A stretch of 64,000 nucleotides of DNA, taken from assembly GCF_009914755.1 (NCBI RefSeq), contig NC_060936.1; one strand, given 5' to 3'. This document shows positions 1 to 13,450 of the stretch, one piece after another. The translations under genes were made by a program, and so were the position numbers. Position 1 is the first letter of the stretch; every line of letters begins with the position of its first letter. The notes beneath the pieces were generated by a model, which saw nothing but the letters and a program-made list of their open reading frames with translations, was not told the DNA's origin and did not search any database. Origin of the DNA: the human T2T-CHM13v2.0 reference genome, Homo sapiens.

Positions 1-656
1 TTTGATGAAGAATGGGATATTTACTTAGTTTCACAGAACTGCTCCACAAAATACCTATTAATTACAAGGGAATTACAAAGGGAAAAATCAGAGAAACCTG
101 GCAGACACAACCTCAATCAATTGATCAAAGTGAACATCATCAGTCATGGGACAAATCAAAATCGTGCACCAACAAATAGGAAGCAATGAGACGAACACAG
201 CATCACTCCGGTTATGTCCCTGCCAAAGATGCCTAACTGTATTAATCACGAGGAAACATCAGATGATCCACATTAAAGGACATCCTTCAAAATAACTGGT
301 TATTTTCAAGAGTGTCAATGTCATGGGAGTTCCCACATGAAGAGATTTAAATAAACATGACAACCGAATAGCGCATGATTCTGAAGTGGATCTTTTTTTC
401 AAGTCGAAAACAATTGGGACAAAGGGAGAAATCTGAGTAGCGTGTAGGGACTAGGTGGCAGTAAAGTGCCTTGCTCTTTCCTGATATGGAAGACTCTAGT
501 GTGGTGACATGGTAGTGTACCCTTGTTTGTAGAAAACATACACAAAAGGGCTCAGGGGTGATGGGGCACCTGGTGGGTGATTTATTCTAAAATAATTAAG
601 AAAGAAAAAATTTCTTGGAACTTTGCAAAACATTTGAAATTGTATCAAAATAAAAA
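1..656 (+). mobile_element. Old L1 (L1MC/L1ME-like) 3' UTR fragment
   Basis: Resembles the L1MC4/5 3' end (gaaacctggcagacac...aatgtcatg...tttgaaattgtatcaaaataaaa); subfamily recalled, not aligned. Confidence 0.6.
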
Positions 657-686
657 GCTAAAGAACAAAAAATAACCAGGACTAAC

Positions 687-812
687 CTTTTCATAGGGTA
701 TCTGCAGAAGATCCAACACCACCGAATGCGCCCCCATATTTTTCAGTAATCGTTGATGTTGATTCCGACACTTTTTATTCTGCACACAGAGTTTACTTAG
801 CCTGATCAAAAT
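687..812 (-). CDS. ITPR2: ITPR2 exon N, 126 nt: [42 protein letters not shown]
   Basis: aag|ATT ... GAA AAG|gttagt, phase 0-0; follows a 121-nt intron. Confidence 0.96.
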
Positions 813-933
813 CTTTAAAAGGAAGAGGGAAAGCATCAAATATAATAAATAACAATATTAAGTATAATATATAAGCAAAACTTATTTGGCATGCAAATAT
901 AAACCTATATAAGAATATTTTGTATCTGCTGAC

Positions 934-1023
934 CTCCTTTACAATCCGGTAGTTATTGCTCTTGTTGCTGTCAATCTGAGGTTTCTTTGTTCCATCCTGC
1001 ACTGGACTTAAAATGTTTGATTC
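934..1023 (-). CDS. ITPR2: ITPR2 exon M, 90 nt: ESNILSPVQDGTKKPQIDSNKSNNYRIVKE
   Basis: tag|GAA ... AAG GAG|gtcagc, phase 0-0; follows an 18.4-kb intron. Confidence 0.95.
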
Positions 1024-3130
1024 CTAAAAGGAACACAAATATGTACTTTTATGCCATTTGTAGCTTTGTGTTACATTTATTTCTTTTGTATTAAATAATA
1101 AATATATTTTGTAATTATTTTGTAATAAATCTATTATTCAACTTAAATGTTTCTTTTGTACTTTTTTATTGCATAAAAAGTTCCTTGGCTTGACTGAGCC
1201 ATGCAAATTACCGCTACCCAGTGAGAACCCAATGACAAGTTAACTGGAATGACCTATAATTATATGAGTTAAATTGTAAAGTTTTCATACATATTATTAG
1301 TGCATATCCATATGAGACATATATATCTCAGACATGCTGTGGCTTTATATTGCCTATATGAGAAGAAATAGTGAAAATACAGGGCATAAAAGATAATTTA
1401 ATCACTAGGAATGAACTGCAAGAAAAAAAGAGTGATGGAGCAGATCATCATAGCTGAGCACATCTCAGAGAAGGGAGCAAAGAACAACTTAACACAACAA
1501 TTCTCTGACAGGTTACCATGGCATCCTTAAGAGTCACGACTCCGGGCCAACATACAGAACCATGAAAATGAAGAGAGAAAAATAAAAAGCAAATTAAAAT
1601 AAAATGTTTAAATTACCAAATTAATAAAGCTTATTAAGAAAACCTGAAACACCAAAGATACTTAATTATAATAACTATTATCTGTAGTATCACAAATATG
1701 GGGAGTGGACATATTTGAAACATCAACTACTGGCGTCACCTTATGAAAATCAAACACCAGTGACAAAAAATTCCACTCTGAACATTTATGAAGATGTCAT
1801 GCACACCTGGCACTAGACTATGGTGAATGGATCTAAAAGGGATACAAAGAAGATATGGTCCTTCTCACAAGAAAATTACAGTCTGCCTAAGAAAACAGGG
1901 AGAAATATATCAATAAAGATTTGAACTGGGCAGAATTCACTATTCAGAAAGAGAGAGAAAGAGAACAGCTGCAGCTTTAGACAAGTTTACGAAGGAGGTC
2001 AAGTTTAAGGCAAGGTCTAGAACGATGAAAACTGTCTACTTAGGCATAAAGGATGTTTAAATGAGCAGGGAAAAGCCTTGCCAGGTGAAGAAGAAGTCAC
2101 CTTAGCCAAAGGTACTGCAGCAAGAACAAGCACACTAGTTATATGGAAAACGGCAAGAACTGACAGGGTCCATCGCAAAGATTGGGCAATCAGAGTGGGG
2201 TCTGATGGCCTCCCTTATTTACGATCTATTCAAAATTGCACTTGGGAGGCATGTCAAGTTCAATGTGGGTCCAGAACACCCTAAACTCCTGACTATAATG
2301 ATGGTGTTAGGCGCTTGCAGTTAAAGGGGACCCTAGTTTAAGCTCAGGAAAAAGTTACAAAGATACATGAGGCCAATTGATATGATTTATTTGTCCCAAG
2401 TTGTTTCTCCTACTGTGCTCCAGGACAAATCACAAAATTAATAAACATCAAGAAAGAAAAAAATACTTTCCTTGCTAATCAAACAGTGCTGATGAAAGGC
2501 TTCAAGCAGCAGAGCAACTTAATCCACGTTGAGCCAAAACACTCCTCACTCAGCTTTATATTTTTCTTTTGCTTCTTTTCTGGCAAATATTGTCCTGAGG
2601 CTCCCAGTCTCAACTTCACTTTAACAAGTGACCCCCTCCTCCCATTTTACTGTATAGACAGAAATGCCTCTACAAAGACACTTTCTCTTTTCCATTCAAA
2701 AATTTCCAGTGATATCCACAAACCTGTCTATCTTCCCCACTGTGTCTCCAAGAACAAAATTTTTGATGCATGAATTCAAAAATTCCATCTCTTCTTCCTC
2801 TTCTCCCTGCTTCATCCCTGTTTCTTGTAAAACAGCAGTTTCTACCCTTTAATGACTCTTTCTCATCTGTTAGCTTCTACCTTGCTGACCACTTGTCACT
2901 CATACTCACTAGAATTGGAAATGCAAAAAGTAAAAGATCAAAACACTGAAAGCCTTCAAAACATTACTAAGTTAGACTCCAGAGCTATATCGCCTAGCTA
3001 TCATAATGAATATTTGGACAGAAATGAAAGCAGTCCAACCACCACTCCAGGTAAATAAAAGAGAGAAAAGAATGCAGGATATTACCTGCAAGACATTAAT
3101 CATGAAGTGAATCTTAAAAATTATAGGAGA

Positions 3131-3443
3131 GGCCGGACGCAGTGGCTCACACCTGTAATCCCGGCACTTTGGGAGGCCAAGGCAGGTGGATCACAAGGTC
3201 AGGAGTTCGAGACCAGTCTGGCCAGTCTGGCCCATCTCTACTAAAAATACAAAAATTAGCTGGATGTGGTGGTGGATGCCTGTAATCCCAGCTACTCAGG
3301 AGGCTGAGGCAGGAGAATCGCTTGAACCTGAGAGGCGGAGGTGGCAGTGAGCCAAGATTGCACCACAGCACTGCAGCCTGGGCGACAGAGCATGACTCAG
3401 TCTCAAAAAAAAAAAAAATAAAAATAAAAAATAAAAAATAAAA
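3131..3443 (+). mobile_element. AluS
   Basis: ggccggacgcagtggctcac... dimer with A-rich tail. Confidence 0.95.
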
Positions 3444-4966
3444 ATATATATATATATATGAGAAAGTGTTAAACTATACATGAAAGTAAAGCCAATGTAG
3501 AAGAGAAAACACAACCCAGTGGCTAAGATGAATGAAAACTATTTAGATGGAAAGAGGCTAGAGGTCAGAGTATAAAACAGATTTTCCATTTGATAGCAAA
3601 AATAGTTAATTGATGAGAAGTAGAAACTGCAAAAGCTAAAAATATAATTAGATTTCCTTTTTCTGATCACAAAGGTGAAGGCTGGATTTTTAAAAGGCCA
3701 TTTCATTTTTTTTCTGTAAGAGAAGAAATACTAAAACATATACACACAAACACACACACTTGTACCACAAACCAGGATTAAGACATTACCAGCTCTAAAG
3801 ATTGACAAAGCTTCTTAGTTAGAAAAGAGATATTTTTTATGTATGTCAACTTTAAAGAAAGCTGTTAAAAAGGCAGGTGAAGCTTTGGTCGATATCTTTA
3901 AGCCTGTTTTTCAAGCAATAATCTGAAGAAAAAGCAACTGTCTTGTTTTAAGAAAAGTAATCTTAGGTAAAATGTACTACATTACAAAAAGTCATACTCT
4001 TTAGTTCAGCCCAGGTGAAGCACATAGACAATGCTAAACTCTGTATGTGTGGGAATTGGTGAAAAATAATGATTTTAATTTAAAATTGCTAGCAGTCAAC
4101 AAAAGGCAGCGACATTGGAAAATTCAACAAACAACCCCTTTTAATTTCAGAAAATAATTCAATTTAATTAAATTGAACAAAAACCCATGGAACATCTGGA
4201 TGATTCCAAAGCAGTCATCAGGGTAATTTGAGAAATATGTAAACTATATAACTACAATTAGGTTTTGTTTTCTAATTCTGATGCCAAAATGGTCTAAATA
4301 AAGGTGCTCCAAAAGTTTTCCTTCTGAAAGAGCTGAAATTGGCTGTATTCTTCATGTCTTATACAATGCTTTACATTCTATAAACTTTAGCCCTACATCA
4401 CTGGCCTAATCTACAAAACCCTGAATCTATTCTAATGACAAAATATTAGAAAAGTGCAAAATGTAGAAGTATGACTTATGCAGCATCCCAGAGCTGAATG
4501 GGCCTAGAAAAAAAAAAAAGTGTGACACTTAGAACAGTAAAAGGCTCGTAGCACATCTCCAAATGATCCTTTTGACAATAGTGATGAAAAATAAATACGA
4601 TGCTCCAAACGTCCTTGCATTTTATTGTAACTGCTTCTTATCATCTAGAGAACCTAAATTTATTCCCCCTAATAGAATATGGGAAACAGCTTAGTGCAGT
4701 GATCTTAGCGGTAGCTGTATTTTTAATTGCATAGTATATACCATAACATAAAACAGTAGGTTCAAAAACAAGAGACCAAGAATAGTCTAGAAATTGGGTG
4801 GCATCAGGGTTCTAGGCAGAGAAACAAAGAGTGAATATTGGTTCTAAAGATAGTTCCTCCCTTTTTTTTTTTTTTGCATCAGGCAAGGAAACTTTTACAT
4901 CAATAGCAAAAATTATATAAGAAAGTAATATTATATGAACTATAGGGTAAACTAAATTTTAGCACT

Positions 4967-5265
<299 letters not shown>

Positions 5266-6115
5266 ACTGGCACTGATTAATGGGAATCCAGCTCCTTAAT
5301 TTAACCAAGGGCAATCATGCTTTTAAAAATAGAATTTTCCAAATCCTACAATGTAGAGCTGCCTACATCTGCAGCTGCATGATTAAAATAACTTGGTGCA
5401 TGCCTTCTATTTATCCCTATCCCACTGAAGTTTAAGGAGGTCCATCCTCAGCAAAGTTGCCAAGTTAGCAAGACTGCAAGGCCTTCTGCTCACCATCTGT
5501 ACTGGTAGCCTTCTCTGGTGCAACCATTCTTTAAACCAGTCAGTGACACCATAAACCAGCCACCCACCCCCTAACTTCAGGTGCCAAATGCTTTCCTTCT
5601 TCTATCCTCACCTCCCTTCAAAACATGCAAAAAAAAATTTTAATAACCGGTCTTTTATATTTGATTCGCCAATCAGATTATAGATTATAATGTAGTTGAA
5701 GCTGTTCAGAATAAATATTGCCTCTTTCAGATAACTGAATAACCCTCTGTGGGATAAGGAGGTATTTTTTTCTCCCTCCCATCTAATGATAACATCATGT
5801 ACTAGTCATTTAGGAAGATATCACCCTAGATCAACTTCTATGACCTTGCCTGGAAAGCTACTTTGCACGATCTTGGTATCATGGTTGTCGGTTTCTGCTT
5901 CCCTGGGAAGCACCTAAGGCTGCTTGAAGGCTTGATTCAAAATCCACAATGGGCAGAAGAGGCTCTGACCAGCATTACTTGCAGATAAGTTCCTTCCAGA
6001 TGTTTCCTCAAGTCAGGAGCAAAGCTCTACCCTTCTAGAGAATACATACATATCCATAACCGTACCCCAAACCTTTTTTCCTTTTGCTCCGTCCCAAGAC
6101 AAATAAAATAATGGC

Positions 6116-6497
<382 letters not shown>

Positions 6498-6699
6498 TTA
6501 GTATTTGATAATGTTTAACCTGATGTTCTAGTACAAAACCCAAATCTCCTTTACAATCTGCATCTCTGATAATACATAAGTTAATAAAAAAAGTTCGTGC
6601 CACTGGGGTGCAGCATCTTTGCTTAGACAGGTATTAGGAAAAACTGGAAATGTTTAATGTAACTAGTAACTGCTTTCATAAGAACACATCAGGAACCTA

Positions 6700-7119
6700 G
6701 TGAGGAGCGCCTCTCCCCGGGCCCCCCACCGTCTGGGAAGTGAGGAGCACCTCTGCCCGGCAGCCCCACTGTCTGTGAAGTGAGGTGCGCCTCTGCCTGG
6801 CCGCCCCACAGTCTGTGAAGTGAGGAACCCCTCTGCTTGGCCGCCCCACTCGCTGGGAAGAGAGGAGCGCCTCTGCCTGGCTGCCCCACAGTCTATTAAT
6901 TGAGGAGCTCCTCTGCTTGGCCGCCCCACTGTCTGGGAAGAGAGGAGGGCCTCTGCCTGGCCCGCCCCACAGTCTGTGAAGTGAGGGGCCCCTCTGCCCG
7001 GCTGCTGTGCAACCCCTCCAAGTGTGTGAAGTGGCAGCCTTGTGTGTGATCTTTCTGCGCTCCCCAAGTTTGCATTTTTGACACTAAAGTTTACTTTTAA
7101 ATTAAAAAAAAAAAAAAAA
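6700..7119 (+). mobile_element. SVA2-type element (40-bp GC-rich VNTR + short unique 3' region + poly-A), 5'-truncated
   Basis: About 8 VNTR units (gtgaggagcgcctctgcc[c/t]ggccgccccac..gtctgggaa), no SINE-R, ATTAAA plus poly-A, perfect 17-bp TSD aacacatcaggaaccta at 6683-6699 and 7120-7136. Confidence 0.85.
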
Positions 7120-7641
7120 AACACATCAGGAACCTATTATCATACAGCAATATGTCCCAGAAATTTTCTGATGTAACTCCAGGGATGGCTAAAAACTCAA
7201 CAGTATTATGTAAAATGTAGAAAGCATGGGGAACCTTTTGGTCAACAGAATGGCATTTGGTCAACAGAAAAGCACTGTACAGGAAGTGAAAACAGCAACA
7301 TAATAGAACCCTTAGAGACTGACTTTGATACTGATACATTGTATGAAGGAAGCTCCCCTAGTCACAATAGGGTTATAGCTCACCCAGACGGACATGGTTG
7401 TAAGAAGGGGGGTGTATGTATAAAATGTGTGAGAGGGACGAATCAGCACTGCCTTTTACACTCACTTGTTCCCCAAGAAATCATTACAGAAATGTTGTTG
7501 CCTGATCTAAAACAAATGTATTCTCTGATTTGAATGAATCAATCACTATTATTTCCTCGTTAGCCACTTGCTGAATAAAAGAAACCATATGGGTACATAG
7601 AATCTTCACTAACAACTTGTATTGAATTAAGAACAAGTGGA

Positions 7642-7927
7642 GGACAGGCGCAGGGGCTCACACCTGTAATCCCAGCACTTTGGGAGGCTAAAGTAGGTGG
7701 GTTGCTTGAGCTCAAGAGTTCAAGACCAGCCTGGGCCATATGGTGAAACCCCATGCCTACAAAAAATACAAAAATCAGCCAGGCGTGGTGGTGCACACAT
7801 ATGGTCCCAGCTACTCAGGAAGCTAAGGGAGGATCGCTGGAGCCTAGGAAGTGGAGTCTGCAGTGAGCTGTGATTGCACCACTGCACTCCAGCCTGAATG
7901 ACAGAGCAAGACCCTGTCTACAACAAA
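7642..7927 (+). mobile_element. AluJ
   Basis: Alu dimer; TSD aagaacaa[g/a]tgga at 7629-7641 and 7928-7940. Confidence 0.92.
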
Positions 7928-9837
7928 AAGAACAAATGGAAAAGTTAAAAAAAAAAGATAGTAACTTATTTATAGCATGAAGGGAAATACTAAGTTTATA
8001 CTCAAACAGTATCAATTTAAATGTGGTTAGAAAATGAGAAGGGAACAAATTCTCATAGAAAAAGATAAAATAACCAAGTAATTCAAATAACACATTCTGG
8101 AAGTATAATTGTTACATTTAAGAATTTATATTATAACCAAATAGGATAAGAATGTGTAAAACAAGCATTTTATTATAAACCAAAAGTTATTTTTCACATG
8201 TATGTCATGTGAAGGGGCTTATTTATTGAAACTCATCTGTCACAATCACCTTCAGTGGAATGAGCTCAGACATAAGTATGGGAATATGTATAATGATATA
8301 AACAAATAAATATACAATGAGGTCTGAGGCAAAAATAGAAACTGGAGACAAGAAAACAGATTCCATAAAAGGAAAATTCAGAAAAGCACTGTCCAAAACT
8401 AATGAATAAAAGCTCTGCATGAAATTACCACTGTGTCTCTGATTGGTCAGGTCAAGCTGCAAGATTCTGTCTAGAACACATGGACTGCTTCTGTCCCAGG
8501 CCATCAGGGTTAGACATTCTACCAGATTCTGTCAAAAGTCAGCTAATCGATCACAAGTTTGGCTGAAGAAACAAGTTTATGTAGAACTATTTTCCCACTG
8601 CACAGAATCTCATACCAACACTTGGAAAAGGAGAACCTTCTTAATATATATCCTTCTACAGGGATTTGCAACTTTGCTTGCTTCATCAAAGGAAAAAAGA
8701 TCAGAAGCGGCAGGCAAAGAATGGAATACAGTTTTTGCTTTCAAAAAGTAATGAGATGTGGAGGTAATAGAAAAACTATCAGATAGGGAAGGTGTACCTA
8801 GGGAGAACTAGAGAAAAATCAGCAAAGAAAAGGAAAGAGAAGGAAGGGAGGGAAGGAAGGAATTAATTCATAATTAATAAAGTAATATAATTAATAAATA
8901 AAGATAAATCTGCAAACTATAATTCAAACTCCTATGAGGAACATTAATACTAAAAATGTCAACCAAAAAACTCAATAATAATAATATATCATGTCCAGTG
9001 AAATATAATCAATCAAGAGCTTTTCTGACAGGCTTTGTAAGTAGGTATGTTTAAAATAATCATAGAGATAGTGAGGAATAGCATCCCTCATGCCCAGTGG
9101 GTACCTCTGTGGTTGCCATGTGCCATGCAATAGTGTTCAGGATTATGTCACAGCATCGCTCAGCATGGATAATGAAGGATAGCCTTTTCAGGGAAAGGAC
9201 AGGCTACAAGCCAAGCAACAGCAAGAGAAGAGAAGGCACAGGTGCCCCCTCCTCCCATCTCCCCGCACAGGAGTGCTGGGTGCCCCGCTGGATAGTATGG
9301 GTCTAGATTTCCAAGCAACCACTCCCCGCAACACCACAGTAACTACCTATGGGGCAAGCTGGAGCGTAACCGTCTCAATAAAGGGACACACAAACTGTTC
9401 CGGCACCAGGCAGTGCCTGTTGTTTACAGGAATCTTTCGAACACTAGCCCATGGCCCATAGAAATTGGACTGTCTCTGCTGAGGGGAAGAAGCCACGGGT
9501 CCTATGAGAAGCCAAAATCAGTACACAGCCCCTTGGAAGAAAGGGACTCCTCATCTGCAAAAACAGTCCCAGCCACCTCGTTGTCCAGACAACCCAGAGT
9601 GAGCCCCTAGGGACATTTTTTAGTTAATTCTGTTCCTTACATCACACATCCATTAAAAGAACAAAAATAATTATGAAGTAAAAACAGGCAGATATGAATC
9701 TAGAATAGATGGATATGAAAAAGAACCAATTAAATAACCTGAAAATGAACTATATAGTCCTTGAAGTAAAAACTAGATAGAGAGTTTAAGCATGAGACTT
9801 TACATCAGTGAGAGTCTAAGTCAAATTTTTAAAAAGG

Positions 9838-9900
9838 GCCACCGTACTCCAGCTGGGTGACAGAGCGAGACCCATCTCTAAAAAAAAGTAAAGAAAAAGA
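9838..9900 (+). mobile_element. Alu 3'-terminal fragment
   Basis: gccaccgtactccagctgggtgacagagcgagacccatctct followed by an A-rich tail. Confidence 0.8.
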
Positions 9901-11874
9901 AGCTGGCAACCATATATAGGTGAGTAGATAGATATAGAGATAAATATAGGTATACACACAAATAGAGAAACAAAATCACTGTAAGAAAAATTAACAATCA
10001 AAATAAACAACATGAGGAACTTTCCTCTGAAGCACTGCAATGCCCACGTGACCTGCATCTCAACCCTAAATAAAGCGGTGGATGAACGTAAAGGGTAATC
10101 CTGACTTAACCTACTCGGATACGGTTTCCTGAGTTAATCTCTCCTTCCTATATTTAGAAGGCAATGCATATTTGAAAGTGATGAATTAGTAATTGCTCCT
10201 AATGCTACTGATATTGTCAACTTGTTATATTTTAGCCTTTAAGCTTTCAGAAATGATGGTACAGTCTTTTAATGCTGGGGACGATAGGTTTAATAAAGGG
10301 AAACACTATAATATACAATAGATAATAAAGCTGCTAGGCTCGAGGGACGCAATGGGCTTAATAGACAACCAAATCCATCCCCTTCTCCTTATTTATAAGA
10401 GATCAAGTATGGTAATGGTATAATTTTGGATTATAAACTGAGATTTGTTAGTGTTAGCAGACAGACCATCAATTCACATTTATTGTCAACAGAGTATACC
10501 AAATTTACCACTGAGGGAAAAAACTTTTTTTCCCCTCACGCTTTTATGTTATTGGAGATATTTTTTATTCTCAAAATGAAGAATCACATTAAAGTTATCT
10601 GGTCTTCTGATATCTAAGCAGGCACAAAGTTAGACCATTATGAGCTGTTTTAGAACAATGCTGATGGTGCTGTGTTTACAGCCTTTGTAAGATTTACTAA
10701 ACAACAAAGGAGTATTGTTCGTATTGGCCTGCTAGTGTGTGTGCTGCCTGCTACTGGCTGTTTCCATTGATACTGTGATATATTTCATCCTGTTTACAAT
10801 ACATTGCCACTATCTTTGGCTGCTGGGTTATTGCATAATACAGATTATTTGGCTGTATATAAATTAGTAACTTCACAGTTTCTCATTTTTGTTCCCCTTA
10901 TATTAATTCATTATATAGGTACCATTCTCCCAGCTTCCCAATCCACCCATTTGCATACATTTCTACTGCTACCTCACTAGTCCATGCTTTCAGAAGCTCA
11001 CACCTGAATTCGTACAACAGCCTCTTAACGGGTGTCCCAACCCAGCCTCTTGCTCTTCTGAAGCATTCCGGATTCTGTCAGACTAAATTTTCCAAAATAG
11101 TATGCTCACCTCTCTACCCAAGAATCTTCACAGGCTCCCAGTTTCCAGTCATTGCAAATACAAATCGCTTATTCTTGAACTTTACTTCTCTTATTATTCT
11201 TGAATACATGCTAACTCCTCCCAGTCCTTCAGAATAGGCCTATGCGCAGAATCTGGAGTGAGGCCTTCTTTCAGTCATCAGGCCCACGCTGGCCTCTCCT
11301 TTTTCTGTACTACATAGTTCAGTATTTAATCAACTACTTTGTCACCCTATTTTTTGGGTGTTCATGAAGTGTGTTCGTTCGTTGAGGGCAAGTAGAATAT
11401 GAGATTTGAGTCCAGATATCTAACTTTAAGAACGGAAAGGAGAAATTCAAGTGTGCACAAAGGCAAGTTAGCATGAAAACAACGGGACTGAAATGTACAC
11501 TTTACACAGCATTTGAAAGAAAGATTTTACTCTGGAGAAACATGACAGTTCATTAAGTGTGACCATTCATGTTGCCCCAAACCCAGCATAGGTTTGAACA
11601 GGTATTATTGAGACAAATACACAGGCTCAAAACAAAGAGCTGTCTCTTGTTAAGAATGGTCAAACAGAAAATGACAAAGTGCAGAGAAATCCCTCCTGTA
11701 TAAAATCTAAAAATGATTGATAAAATATTTAAAACATCTCTTTATAGTAGCAAGGCCAGAAACCCTGAAAATACATAAAATTTTCAGAGCAATAATCAAG
11801 CACTAGACTCATTGTTGGCTCTGACGGCATCAGTCCATACCTAATAAGCTGGATTCTGAGTTTTGCTATATCAT

Positions 11875-11906
11875 ACACAGACACACACACACACACACAC
11901 ACACAC
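11875..11906. repeat. (CA)n microsatellite
   Basis: About 13 perfect CA units. Confidence 0.95.
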
Positions 11907-12824
11907 GGCAAAAAGGAAACAAAATCCAGATCCCATGCAAGATGGAAGGTCTGATCAGAGACCCTGGCATAGAGTCAGGAATACCTAAGGGTGATACCCA
12001 CAATGATAAACCAGGGAAAGACATGGCCCACAGAAGAGCAAAAGGGCACCTATCTTGGCCTTGGTGCTCATCAAAAGCAAAAGAGGGGAAAAAATTCTCT
12101 TGAGGCTCCCATATACAAGACAAGCTCACTTTCACTCAAGACTGGGGACCAGAATGTCCAATCTAAAGGGGTCCCAAAAGACCCAAGCCAAAAGGTATGT
12201 TCAATATGGTTACAGAATGTAGTGTCCCACAGTGCTTCACAGAGGCAAATAAAATCTCAATAAGGCCTTAACTACAGACCTCAGAGAAATTCCACATACA
12301 AAGTTCCAAAGCATGTGGGTTCATGACAATAAAAAATCACGGAACACCTGAAGTAAATACAACCCAAAGACTTTGGCAAGAATGGCCAACTTAAAACTGC
12401 AAAGAACCCTCCTATTACAAAACAACTAGATCTTAGATATAAACCTATTTTAAGTACATTTCTGGGCCCATAGAAAAGAAAGGACAACTCCCAGAGACCC
12501 CACCCTCCATCTTCTAAGGGAAAAATGTAACCTGAAACCTGACCAGAGAGCTCCAAGCAACAAGGGCACAAGATAAGTTTCCCTGAAGGCAAATGACAAT
12601 ACTAGATCTGCAACCCAAAGACTAAGGGAACTCTGAGCAAGTGTCTAGTTTGGGGAGCTAAACCCAAAACTCCTGCCTTAAAATAGGTATATAGGATGGG
12701 AGTAATGTGGTCTCAGGCTAGCAGCGCCCCCTGCCAACAGGCAAAGGCAATCACAAATACTCTAAGCAGGAAAACATACCCTATGTCAACCCCAGAACTA
12801 AGGTCAAAAGATACGAGCTCAAAA

Positions 12825-13450
12825 CCTGCACCCAAATGTTTATAGCAGCTTTATTCATAATTGCCAAAATTTAGAAGCAACCAAGATGTCCTTCAATAGG
12901 TGAATGGATAAACAATACAAGGGACTATTATTCAGCAATAACAAAAAATGAGGCATTAAACTGCAAAAGGACATGGAAGAACTTAAACATATACTGCTAA
13001 GTAAAAGAAACCAGTCTGGAAAAGCTACATGTTATATAATTCCAATTATATGAAATTCTGGAGAAGGCAAACCTACAGAGAAAAAAAATCAGTGGTTGGC
13101 AGGGACTCAGGGGTCCAGAAGGAGAGACAAATAGGTGAAGCACAGAGAATTTTTAGGGCAATGAAGCTATTCTGTTTGACACTGCAATGGTGGATACATG
13201 ACATTATGCATTTGTCAAAACCCATAGTTAAACAACATAAAGAATGAACCTTAATAAATTATGGATTTTAGTTTAAAAATACTGTGTCAATATTGGCTTA
13301 TCAATTATAATGAATGTACCACACTTATTCTAGATGTTAACAATCGGAGAAAGAGAGAGGAGAAGAGGGACTATATGGGAACTCTATGCTTTCTGTGTAA
13401 TTTTTCTCTAAACCTAAAACTGCTCTAAAAATGAAGTCAATTTGAAAAAA
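12825..13450 (+). mobile_element. L1MC/MD 3' end
   Basis: aatgtttatagcagctttattcataattgccaaaa...aagcaaccaagatgtccttcaataggtgaatggataaac...aacctaaaactgctctaaaa. Confidence 0.8.

Noticed and set aside
6663-7124. 153-aa repetitive ORF, and a CRISPR-like impression from the 40-bp periodicity
   Set aside because: Antisense reading of the SVA-type VNTR; the units are contiguous tandem repeats with no unique spacers, and no cas genes are present.
7237-7274. 19-bp-period duplication tttggtcaacagaa x2
   Set aside because: Ordinary micro-duplication with no further structure.
12723-12737. CTCF-like motif (minus strand TTGGCAGGGGGCGCT)
   Set aside because: Lacks the conserved 5' CC of the core; cannot be supported without ChIP data.
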